Shown: positions 39,808-51,029 of the stretch, piece after piece | Position numbering within the stretch: the first letter of the stretch is position 1 | How the letters are laid out: every line of letters starts with the position of its first letter | Assembly (NCBI RefSeq): GCF_006345805.1 | Contig: NC_042998.1 | Location: 133,920,001-133,984,000 of the forward strand | Source of the DNA: Octopus sinensis | Lineage: Eukaryota | DNA: 64,000 bases | Direction: 5' to 3' | Position numbers and translations under genes: made by a program | The notes under the pieces: model-generated | The model's input: the letters and a program-made list of their open reading frames with translations, nothing else | Told to the model about the DNA's origin: nothing | Databases searched by the model: none

Positions 39808-40092
39808 AGGGCGCATGGTTTAGTGGTTAGCATGTTGCACTGACGATCTAGCGATCGTGATTTCAATTCCTAGACCGGATGGTACGTTGTTTCCTTGAAC
39901 AAAACACTTCATCTCAGTTTGCTCTGAGATCACTTCGACACCTGACGCATGACACCTGCACCTGTTCAGACAACGTCGATTTGATGGAGAGAGTGAGCTA
40001 ATGTGTGGTATGAACATTTGATCACTATAAAACAAATCATTTGTGCAGGTCGTTCGACAAAAGCTGGACGCTTATACGCCGTCTTTGACAAG
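39808..40092 (+). mobile_element. SINE with a family-B-like head and a different 3' half
   Basis: GGCGCATGGTTTAGTGGTTAGC...TTGTTTCCTTGAACAAAACACTTCATCTC. Confidence 0.65.
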
Positions 40093-41279
40093 AGAGTCCA
40101 TAACACACACAACGTGTTTCCGACAGTTACCGTTTACCAAATTCACTTACAAGTCATAAGATGAGCTGAGACAATGGTAAAAGTCACTTGCCCCGAGAGC
40201 TGCAATACTGGAACTTCTGGAATCATGTGGTTGCGAAGCGAACATATTATCTTATGTGTGCATATATGTTAACTTCCTTTTTCATGTATTTTAATTATTC
40301 CCCCAACAAAAACAAGGCTTGGTCGCTTCCATATAACAATATTACAGATTGCCTTTTCGAGATGACCACTTAGGTATTTGATAAAGCAATTTCTAGAGAC
40401 CGTCTATAATTATAGATATAAATTTATTTTTATAATCAGGAGAGTGAAACTGTTAGTTTTTATACAATTTTTCTTTATTCGTTTTGAAACAGCAGTCCAT
40501 AAATATTCGCTCGGTTTGATTTTGAAGAAAAACAAAATGTTTGAAGAAAAACATCTAATTCAGCATATGACCACTATAACTACTTAATTTGACTTTGTTC
40601 CAAACAATTATATCAGGTTTATACGTGGTAGACGTTTCCCTGAGAATGTTCAAACAAATTTCTTCAACGGGACCCTTCTATGTTTCTATACTATAATGGA
40701 GAAAGCTGCTTATTAATTAGGTATGTAACAATTACTAAAAGTATTAAAAGAAAGCAATATTAAAAGCCTGATCGTCTGGAAATATTTTTCATAAATTCAT
40801 GTTCTAAGAAATTGCCTATAATTTCGAATTCTGAAGTTTATTGAATGTTTTAAACTCCAAATTCTCGCAAATTTAAATATTCTTTGCATTCACTACGTTC
40901 ACTTCTTCATTAATTTAAATATTCATTATATTCAATGCTAAGTAGATTTTAATGTTTAATAATAAACAATATTAATTCGTTGCAGGCAACATTTTACGTT
41001 TTTATTCGCAACTGTCTCTCATTCTCGCTCGCCTCTATTTTCATTAATGATAATTTAATAATAGCTATATAACTTTGATACGAGACACAATTTCAAGAAT
41101 ATTATCATTTTCCGAAGTTTATTAAATGAATATTTTTGAGAAAATGAAAATTATTTAATATACCGGTATTATTATTATTATTATATTATTATTATTATTA
41201 TTATTATTATTATCATCATCATTTTAACTGAAGAAAGGATTTTCTTGGTATGGCTACAAGAAATACATATATATATATG

Positions 41280-41335
<56 letters not shown>

Positions 41336-41482
41336 ATAATATATATAATATATATATACACATATACATATATATATATATTATATATCATATATATATA
41401 TTATATATTATATAATATATAGTATATATACACATATACATATATATATATATATATTATATATATATTATATATATATATA

Positions 41483-41882
41483 TAAGGCGCATGGCTCAGT
41501 GGTTAGAGAGTGAGAGCTCACGATCATGAGGTTGTGAGCTCGAATCCCGGACCGGGCTGCGTGTTGTGTTCTTGAGCAAGACACTTTATTTCACGTTGCT
41601 CCAGTTCACTCAGCTGTAAAAATGAGTTGCGACGTCTCAGGTGCATTTGCTTTTCCTTTGGATAACACTGGTGGCGTGGAGAGGGGAGGCCGGTATGCAT
41701 GTGCGACTGCTGGTCTTCCATAAACAACCTTGCCGCCGAGGTCGACTTTAACTTTCATCCTTTCGGTGTCGATAAATTAAGTACCAGTTACGCACTGGGG
41801 TCGATGTAATCGACTTAATACCTATGTCTGTCCTTGTTTATCCCCTCTATGTTTAGCCCCTTGTGGGTAATAAAGAAATAGG
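41483..41882 (+). mobile_element. Chimeric SINE: family B 5' part fused to family A core and tail
   Basis: Switch at AACCTT-GCC-GCCGAGGTCGAC (~41730-41740). Confidence 0.85.
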
Positions 41883-42580
41883 TAACTTTTACCATAGCTT
41901 TGATACGAGTGAAATTGCGTTGAAGGCAAAGTGCGCGGAATCCCAGTCGCGTGTATTATACTTATTGAGCTTTGGTTTTTGCTTCCATTCTTTACCCAGT
42001 CAGTCTGAGAGACCCTTCTAAAAGTTATATGCGCAACCTTTTCTTTTTTCTGAGAAGTTAAAGCCTAAAAAGAGGCCTACCACAGACATGCTGTTCGGCA
42101 CTTTACCACTGCAACCAACCAGAGCCAACATTCTTTTCCCCCCGTTTACCGACAACCTAAAGTGCTTAACCTATCCAGAGATAACAAATGTACTATTCGG
42201 GCGCTGTGAAACCCCTTAGTAATGTATGGGGTTATGATAGGTGTAGACTAAGGCGGTTGTAACTTGTCTATGATGACGGGAGGGGTAGTGTTTTCTTTTC
42301 TTTCAGGAGTTGTGATGGGAAGGTAAGTTTTAAGGAAGAAGGAATGGTAGGGAGCATGTAAATGTTATTTCCTCCCCGTCCACCAACCCATTTCTTGTCC
42401 CTTTCTTAAACTTTGTGAGTAATGAGTGCACGAGCTTCTAGGATGTGTGGACCTATGAATGTGTGTGCGCTTGTGTGTATGTGTATGTGTGCGCGCACGT
42501 CTTTGTGTGTGTGTGTGTGTGTATATAGATAGACAGATAGATTGATAGATAGACAGATAGATAGATAGATAGATAGATAT

Positions 42581-42629
<49 letters not shown>

Positions 42630-43337
42630 AAGATGCATACACATATATATAAATATATATATATATACACACACATATATATACACACATATATATATAT
42701 GTGTGTATGTATGCATGTATGTTTGTGTATGTTTGAGCGTGTGTGTGTATGCGTGTGGACTCGTATTAATGTATATGTGTGTTCGTATAAGTGTTAGATT
42801 TTATGAATGAGTAAATGTTAGGAGAGACAGTGAAGTGTGGGTTATAGACAATATAATAACCTGACAACCAGTCCTGCTGATAGTATCTGGTTAACAAAAT
42901 TTCAGTTAATAAAATTTTGGAAACGCATTTGTACTATACAGTACCTTTCTCCTGATATCATGTACGTCAACAGTTTTCTGTCAGAAACGTTAAAAGTTTC
43001 CGCTCCTAGCACTAGACAGACTTATTCCATTTTGCATACCTTTTAAACTGATTCTTACTAACGAAAACTGCTAGTTGTTTCCATTGACTTAGTTACCATT
43101 TTCCTTTCTTTGATTAATACTTCTTTTCCAATCCACAGACAATATCGGCTGACGAAATTTTTGTCAGTATGGCGGATGACACTATTGCATCGCCTAATTT
43201 CATCGCAAATTGTAGATCATCAGCAGTAGCTAAGCACTGAATGTTAGATCGAAAAATTGGTCAAACAGATATAGTATAACACTAGCTAAACAGCCAGTGA
43301 TGCCACGAAAAGTGAGCAGGTTGTGAATTAATTTATC

Positions 43338-43508
43338 TATTAGCGATAGAAGTAACCTCTGTATCGAATATTCATTAGCACATTCAACCTAAATTGGAAG
43401 TGTTGTTTGGAACGTCTTAGACGTTCACCGCAGTCTAAGGCGTTCTAAAGAAACCATCCAATTTGTGCTAATTAATGTTCGATACAGAGACTGCTTCTAT
43501 CACTAATA
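43338..43508. repeat. Imperfect foldback, ~80-bp arms, 10-nt loop
   Basis: TATTAGCGATAGAAG...GAACGTCTTAGAC-GTTCACCGCA-GTCTAAGGCGTTC...CTTCTATCACTAATA. Confidence 0.8.
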
Positions 43509-43592
43509 ACTAATATATGTATATGTTTATGTATATATATATGTGTGTGTGTGCGCGTACATGTATTTACGTATATGTACTTATATACATAT

Positions 43593-43634
<42 letters not shown>

Positions 43635-43937
43635 TTGTGTGTGTGTGTGTGTGTGTGTGTTTGTATGCTAGAGTGTTACTCGTCATATGACGAGTAACTT
43701 TGGAAGCACATTTTTAACATCATAGGCAATATCAGAAAGTATGGCATACATACAATAATTATTTTAAAAAGCTGTATCAAATTTAACGATTCCTATACAA
43801 AATGATAAAATGGGTACTAATTTTCAAAAGAAAAATACTTATTACCTTAAAATAGAATTAAAAGAACATATTTCTCCTATATATAGCTCCTCTCATAACT
43901 ACTGTGCCATTTACTCTCGCTCACTCACTCACTCACT

Positions 43938-43973
<36 letters not shown>

Positions 43974-44065
43974 CTGTTGCCATCAAGCCTAGTATGTACC
44001 ATCATTCTGTACATCTTTAACTCTCTTTGTATTTCTCTTTTATTCTCATGCCCCCTCTCTATATA

Positions 44066-44268
44066 CTCTTTACACTTTTGCTCTTTTACTTGTTTCAGTC
44101 ATTTTACTGGGGCCATGATGGAGCACCGCCTTTAGTCGAGCAAATGGACTCCTGGACTTATTCTTTGTAATCCTAGTACTTATTTTATCGGTCTCTTTTG
44201 CCGAACCGGCATCGGTTGTCAGGCGATGTTGGGGGTACAAACACAGACACACAAACATATACACAACA

Positions 44269-44313
<45 letters not shown>

Positions 44314-44517
44314 CATATATATATATACATATATATATATATACATATATATACGACGGGCTTCGTTCAGTTTCTTTCTGCCAAATCCACTCACAAGGTT
44401 TTGGTCGGCCCGAGGCTATAGTAGAAGACACTTACCCAAGGTGCCACGCAGAGAGGCTGAACCCGGAACCATGTGGTTGGTAAGCAAGCTACTTACCACA
44501 CAACCACTCCTGCGCCT
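44066..44517 (-). mobile_element. SINE family C, full length with internal (TA)n
   Basis: Head reverse complement ends CCTGCGCC at ~44516; internal (TA)n ~44270-44353; tail to ~44066. Confidence 0.88.
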
Positions 44518-44586
44518 ACACGATGTAAATTTTCACTGGAGAAATCCACCAGACAGACAGACAGACAGACAGAAAGACAGACAGAC

Positions 44587-44683
<97 letters not shown>

Positions 44684-44684
<1 letters not shown>

Positions 44685-45507
44685 GTTTCTTTATTGGCCA
44701 CACAGGGCTGCACACAGATGGGACAAGTTACAAGGTAGAGCTTTTCTTTTGGGGGATGAAAAAAACAAAAAACAAAAGAAACAATAAAAAAAGAATGGGG
44801 TGGCGTAGGTTTTCGATCAAGAGGGATCGTAAAAGGGAAGAAAAGAACAAAAAATAAATAAATAAATAAAATAAAAATAAAAAGATAAAAATAAAAAAGA
44901 AGAAAAGGAAAAGGAACAAAAGAAAAGAGAAATGAAAAAAGAAGAAAAAAGGGGAAAAAAGGGGGAAGAGGAAGAAAAAAAAACGATCAATAGGGATCGT
45001 GTATCACAGTGTTATGATATATGGTGTAAAGGGGAAAGCAAGTAAGGTTTATCCGTGGGAAGAAAAGCGTACGAAAAAGACCACAGTAACCTTGGTCAAT
45101 ATTGTTATATGTTACCACATTTGTTTGCAAGTGGGTAACCCTCTGTTTTCAATTTCTGGGTTCATAGGATTATGCTCAAGGTGGCTTCGTCATTCATACG
45201 TGCCATCCTTGCTACATTCACCCATCTTTTTTTAAAACATTCGCTTGACAAAACTTTTCAAGTGGTACTTGAAGAAGTTGATGAGAGATTGACCAGAGAG
45301 GAAAGTGTTTGTCTCCAATCCTTTCAGACGCGTCCACCAGATACATTCTTTCGCCATAGCCACAAGGATGATGAAAATAGCTCTTCCTTCCCGTTTGAAG
45401 GAAGGAGGCGTGACAATATTGACGATAGACTCGGCTGATGAACCGACTCGTCCCACACGTGACAGCAGTTGTTCGACATAAGCCCACAGGTCGGAAATTG
45501 TTGGACT
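44684..45507 (-). mobile_element. 5'-truncated L1/Tx1-like LINE 3' end
   Basis: Minus peptide PTISDLWAYVEQLLSR...IFIILVAMAKECIWWTR...LINFFKYHLK (post zinc-knuckle C-terminus type), stop at 45162-45164, 3' UTR, AATAAA at 44690-44695 running into (TATC)n. Confidence 0.65.
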
Positions 45508-46282
45508 TAGATGGATAAATAGATAGGATTCCGAGATCTCATGAGAGCTATAAACACTGTAAATATTTAGCTGGTCTTTGACACAGCACTTTACGATCCA
45601 CTTGATATAGATAGCAAAAGAAACACTATCGGTTATAATATACGTAATATGCTACAGTCATTTGGTTTTATAAGTTCGCACACGCTCATAGAAGCGGTAC
45701 GAAACCCAACACAGCCAGCAGTGAATATAAATCATTGGCTTTTAAACTTATCTAAAGAAGGCCCAATAATCACTTCAGTTCGTTCTTCGCTCGCTCTCGT
45801 ACATTATGCTTGAACATAACATGTCCGGTATCTGACATGACGTGCTTGGAGATTAGGTTATGGATTTGAAATGGGCTTTACATTAAAACTTCCCTTTATT
45901 TCAGAATACCAGAATGCTATACATGGATATAAGAATGTATATTTACAAACCCACACACTCCCTCCCCCCCCTCTCTCTCTCTCCCCATGTTTTGAAATAA
46001 AAGAAGATTTCTAATGTAAGCCTCATTTCAAATATACATTCTTATATCCATGAGAGAGCACATACTCTCTCTCACTCTCTCTCACTCTCTCTCACTCTCT
46101 CTCACTCTCTCTCTCTCACTCTCTCACTCTCTTTCTCCCTCACTCTCTCGTACACACAGACACACACACACACATAAATAAACGCCTACGCCTGCCCGTA
46201 CACACACATAGACACGTGCATTCACTCCACCTGTAAGTTACCAAAGATATCTTTACATAAGTCTTAGTAAAGCAAAGTGTTT

Positions 46283-46495
46283 GTTTCAAATTGTGGCACA
46301 AGGCCAGCATGTTCAGGGGAGAAGGTAAGTTGCTTACACCGACCCTGCTATTCAAGTGGTACTCATTTTATGGATCCCGAATTGATAGAAGGTAAAGTTG
46401 ACATCGGCGGAATTTGAACTTAAAGGCAGAAGACATGCCGCCAAGCATTGGCCCACCGGGGGCTGTGCAAGCGATTCTGCCAGCTCGTCCTCTTA
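46283..46495 (-). mobile_element. Diverged SINE family A (alternative tail)
   Basis: GTTGACATCGGCGGAATTTGAACT...GATTCTGCCAGCTCG. Confidence 0.75.
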
Positions 46496-46614
46496 AGAGA
46501 AAAAAAAAACAGTGACACAAAATATTAGAAACTAATTTGCAATTTATTAAATTTCAAGCAAATACACTTCACGGGTAGAATTCACTCACGTAAAGTACCC
46601 GCAAATTTTGTATA

Positions 46615-47372
46615 CCGTATATTCTCGTGTACAAGTCGAATTTTTAGTCCATTTTCTATGGTCAAATTTATGGAGTCGACTATTACATGGATACTACTTT
46701 TGAGGGGTTGAAATTCAAGTTAGAATCCGAAGTACCGTATCAGCGGCAGAAATCAAACTGATCTCTGGGCGAATAAAAACAAAAGCACAATGAATTACAG
46801 CAATATTACCAATTATATGAGTCAAAACACAAGTCCTAGTAAAACATAAAGATTTAGCGATTAATTGAATGTTTTTAGGCTTACCAAAGACATAACTTTG
46901 TACGGATTCAGACAGCGATGTTTGCCAGAGTTTGCCAATAGTGCTGTCTGTAAAAGACGTTTCTCACCGTGTAAACAACGAGTGTATGATGCATGTGTGT
47001 ATTGTGCTTGGAGATGTATGCAGGCTTGCAGCATATCCTGTGCATACATTTTTTAAATGGTGATGTAGCACCCATCAACAAATGTGCAGTGCTTGCTATT
47101 AAATGGTGTTTTACTATAAGCACCGAGCATTCCATTATAAGCACCAAGCATTCTACCTAGTGTGCAGGCTACACTAAGGTAGACAACTTTTGTAACAGTG
47201 TTATTTCTACGTACAGGATAATACGGTACCTTGACCTACAACTGTCGTCTTGTTGTTCGTGAAATACTGGTGTCGACTTTTACACTGGGTGTATGGAAAA
47301 TTCCCAATTTTTTAGCCAAAAATAAGAGGTCGACTTTTACATGAGATCGACTATTACTCGAGTAACTTTCGG
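46615..47372. mobile_element. MITE-like element with decayed pogo/Tigger-type TIRs
   Basis: TA|CCGTATATTCTCGTGTACAAGTCGA versus right-end reverse complement CCGAAAGTTACTCGAGTAATAGTCGA; no ORF. Confidence 0.5.
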
Positions 47373-47689
47373 AATTGGAACAATATAGAAAAACACTCGT
47401 CAAACATTAAGAATTTGTTTTCTTGCTCTCAACAGCTAGACCCCCAAAAACTTCATAAAGGACGAGAGCAATAATATATAAATATATCATATACATCACA
47501 CACACACACACAATATATTGAAAACAGGAAAAATAAACACAGAGAAAGGGCCCTTCATCAATTGTCGGCTGTCTATCTATTCCTCATTTCGAGCATTCAA
47601 CGACAATTTGAGTCTTTAAAGACAGTTGCTCCCATAAATTCTAAAATAAAACTTAGGATTTATGGGGGCGTCAAAGTTGAGAACAAAAA

Positions 47690-47852
47690 CATGACAGTGG
47701 AGACATACAAGGAAACCGAACGAAAAAAACATGGAGGTCCTTAGACCAGAAAGAGAGGAAAATAACAGCTTTCACTATTTGCCTCTCGTTCGGGTCTAAC
47801 AACCCTCCATGTTTGTTTTCGCTCGGTTTCCTAGTATGTTTCTACTGTCATG
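47690..47852. repeat. Imperfect foldback, ~70-bp arms
   Basis: CATGACAGTGGAGACATACAAGGAAACCGA... mirrored by ...TCGGTTTCCTAGTATGTTTCTACTGTCATG. Confidence 0.8.
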
Positions 47853-48295
47853 GAAACATACATAGTTCCATAGTTCTTCCAAGTTCTATAAAGGAAATAC
47901 TCTGTCACGTATCGGTTAGATGTATCTCCCACTGCTCATTTGAGTGCACAAGAAGAATCACTGTAACTTTGAAAATGTATATATCATTTCCCTCTTCTCT
48001 TGTGTTTGTATGATGCCTTCAAACAAAAACGTTAGGCTTGCATTGTACTGCTAGATAGTTGTTCTTTCAGCGAGATGGCCACATCTGGTGCCCATTCCTT
48101 GTTGGTATCAGTAGCAAGTGAGGTTAGATTTCCCCTTTGTAGCTGACGTTAAAATTCCAAAATTATTTTCATTAGGTAAAATGTGCCTGTTGTTGTTGCT
48201 AAACGTGTCGTTCTAATCACATTTGTGTTGTTGATTATAGAAATGTCATATTTTTCGCATGTAATTTACAGCAATTGTATGCCTACATACCTGCA

Positions 48296-48326
<31 letters not shown>

Positions 48327-48540
48327 GCACACACACTCATATATATATATATATATATACTAAGCAATAAGGGTTTAGCAACGAGTTGCCTTACCACATA
48401 CCGAATTTAGAAATAGCAGTCAAAGGGTTATAGCTATTTCTTCTACTAAAAAGGGAGATCTCAGTAAAACAGCATTTGGAAGGCACAAACAGGTAAGAGA
48501 GAATGAATTGACTGCAATCTATCATACATTTTTTTAGTTA

Positions 48541-48652
48541 TCACGGACGTACGTTTCGAAATCAAGTTTTAAGGAAAGCATACGAATTAAATATTAAATA
48601 TTAAATATAAATAATTCTATCTTACCGAAACTTCTTTTCTCTTCAGCGTAGA
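48541..48652 (-). ncRNA. Type-I hammerhead in the inverted copy
   Basis: Minus TCTACG-CTGAAGA-long stem II-GAAAC-GTAC-GTC-CGTGA (one G fewer in the stem I partner). Confidence 0.8.
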
Positions 48653-48797
48653 ATACTATAATCATAAATGATTATATATGAATTTTGAGATACCAGAAGG
48701 CACCAACTCCACTCAGTATCAGAGCGAGCTAGAACCCGTGGAGTTGGTGCCTTCTGTATCTCAAAATTCAATATATAATCATTTATGATTATAGTAT

Positions 48798-48910
48798 TCT
48801 ACGCTGAAGAGAAAAGAAGTTTCGGTAAGATAGAATTATTTATTATTTAATATTTAATATTAATTCGTATGCTTTCCTTAAAACTTGATTTCGAAACGTA
48901 CGTCCGTGGA
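48798..48910 (+). ncRNA. Type-I hammerhead ribozyme, unit 1 (predicted cleavage after 48904)
   Basis: TCTACG/CGTGGA stem I; CTGAAGA 48804-48810; stem II GAAA/TTTC, AAGTTT/AAACTT, GAATTA/TAATTC; GAAAC-GTAC-GTC. Confidence 0.88.
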
Positions 48911-49396
48911 TAACTAAAAAATGTATGATAGATTGCAGTCAATTCATTCTCTCTTACCTGTTTGTGCCTTCCAAATGCTGTTTTTACTGAGATCTCCCTT
49001 TTTAGTAGAAGAAATAGCTATAACCCTTTGACTGCTATTTCTAAATTCGGTATGTGGTAAGGCAACTCGTTGCTAAACCCTTATTGCTTAGTATTACTTA
49101 AATTTCCTCGAATGAGGCTTTTACATGCCGAAGACTACTTGGGTAATTGATAATTTTTCCAAATTAATTAATTTCACCCTTCATTATTACGGATAACCAT
49201 ATTTTATCTCAGTAGATGACCATAGCATCTTGTTTTGGCTACACGCGGGTGGGAAGGGGCTGTTGGCACAATCGTTTCATTCACAAATTGAATTCGGTGA
49301 TACCAGTTGCGGGTTCTAGCTCGCTCTGATACTGAGTGGAGTTGGTGCCTTCTGGTATCTCAAAATTCAATATATAATCATTTATGATTATAGTAT

Positions 49397-49507
49397 TCTA
49401 CGCTGAAGAGAAAAGAAGTTTCGGTAAGATAGAATTATTAATTTAATATTTAATATTTAATTCGTATGCTTTCCTTAAAACTTGATTTCGAAACGTACGT
49501 CCGTGGA
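49397..49507 (+). ncRNA. Type-I hammerhead ribozyme, unit 2 (cleavage after 49501)
   Basis: Same core; CTGAAGA 49403-49409, GAAAC 49490-49494. Confidence 0.88.
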
Positions 49508-49992
49508 TAACTAAAAAAATGTATGATAGATTGCAGTCAATTCATTCTCTCTTACCTGTTTGTGCCTTCCAAATGCTGTTTTTACTGAGATCTCCTTTTT
49601 AGTAGAAGAAATAGCTATAACCCTTTGACTGCTATTTCTAAATTCGGTATGTGGTAAGGCAACTCGTGCTAAACCCTTATTGCTTAGTATTACTTAAATT
49701 TTCCTCGAATGAGGCTTTTACATGCCGAAGACTACTGGGTGTAATTGATAATTTTTCCAAATTAATTAATTTCACCCTTCATTATTACGGATAACCATAT
49801 TTTATCTCAGTAGATGACCATAGCATCTTGTTTTGGCTACACGCGGGTGGGAAGGGGCTGTTGGCACAATCGTTTCATTCACAATTGAATTCGGTGATAC
49901 CAGTTGCGGGTTCTAGCTCGCTCTGATACTGAGTGGAGTTGGTGCCTCTGGTATCTCAAAATTCAATATATAATCATTTATGATTATAGTAT

Positions 49993-50105
49993 TCTACGCT
50001 GAAGAGAAAAGAAGTTTCGGTAAGATAGAATTATTTATTATTTATATTTAATATTTAATTCGTATGCTTTCCTTAAAACTTGATTTCGAAACGTACGTCC
50101 GTGGA
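49993..50105 (+). ncRNA. Type-I hammerhead ribozyme, unit 3 (cleavage after 50099)
   Basis: Same core; CTGAAGA 49999-50005, GAAAC 50088-50092. Confidence 0.88.
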
Positions 50106-50593
50106 TAACTAAAAAAATGTATGATAGATTGCAGTCAATTCATTCTCTCTTACCTGTTTGTTGCCTTCCAAATGCTGTTTTTACTGAGATCTCCCTTTTT
50201 AGTAGAAGAAATAGCTATAACCCTTTGACTGCTATTTCTAAATTCGGTATGTGGTAAGGCAACTCGTTGCTAAACCCTTATTGCTTAGTATTACTTAAAT
50301 TTTCCTCGAATGAGGCTTTTACATGCCGAAGACTACTTGGTGTAATTGATAATTTTTCCAATTAATTAATTCACCCTTCATTATTACGGATAACCATATT
50401 TTATCTCAGTAGATGACCATAGCATCTTGTTTTGGCTACACGCGGGTGGGAAGGGGCTGTTGGCACAATCGTTTCATTCACAAATTGAATTCGGTGATAC
50501 CAGTTGCGGGTTCTAGCTCGCTCTGATACTGAGTGGAGTTGGTGCCTTCTGGTATCTCAAAATTCAATATATAATCATTTATGATTATAGTAT

Positions 50594-50707
50594 TCTACGC
50601 TGAAGAGAAAAGAAGTTTCGGTAAGATAGAATTATTTATTATTTAATATTTAATATTTAATTCGTATGCTTTCCTTAAAACTTGATTTCGAAACGTACGT
50701 CCGTGGA
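50594..50707 (+). ncRNA. Type-I hammerhead ribozyme, unit 4 (cleavage after 50701)
   Basis: Same core; CTGAAGA 50600-50606, GAAAC 50690-50694. Confidence 0.88.
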
Positions 50708-50982
50708 TAACTAAAAAAATGTATGATAGATTGCAGTCAATTCATTCTCTCTTACCTGTTTGTGCCTTCCAAATGCTGTTTTTACTGAGATCTCCCTTTT
50801 AGTAGAAGAAATAGCTATAACCCTTTGACTGCTATTTCTAAATTCGGTATGTGGTAAGGCAACTCGTTGCTAAACCCTTATTGCTTAGTATTACTTAAAT
50901 TTTCCTCGAATGAGGCTTTTACATGCCGAAGACTACTTGGTGTAATTGATAATTTTTCCAAATAATTAATTTCACCCTTCAT

Positions 50983-51029
<47 letters not shown>

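Larger units (their letters stand above)
48357..50986 (+). mobile_element. Tandem array of ~600-bp HHR-containing units (3.75 copies) with an inverted 5' partial copy; retrozyme-like or PLE-pLTR-derived
   Basis: TGGAGTTGGTGCC recurs at 48739, 49337, 49934 and 50534; 48357-48738 is a reverse-complement copy; (TA)n on both flanks. Confidence 0.92.

Noticed and set aside
48739-50986. CRISPR-like or viroid-like reading of the array
   Set aside because: Whole ~600-bp units repeat with no variable spacers and no cas genes; the monomer has an HHR in one polarity only (the minus HHR is just the inverted copy)
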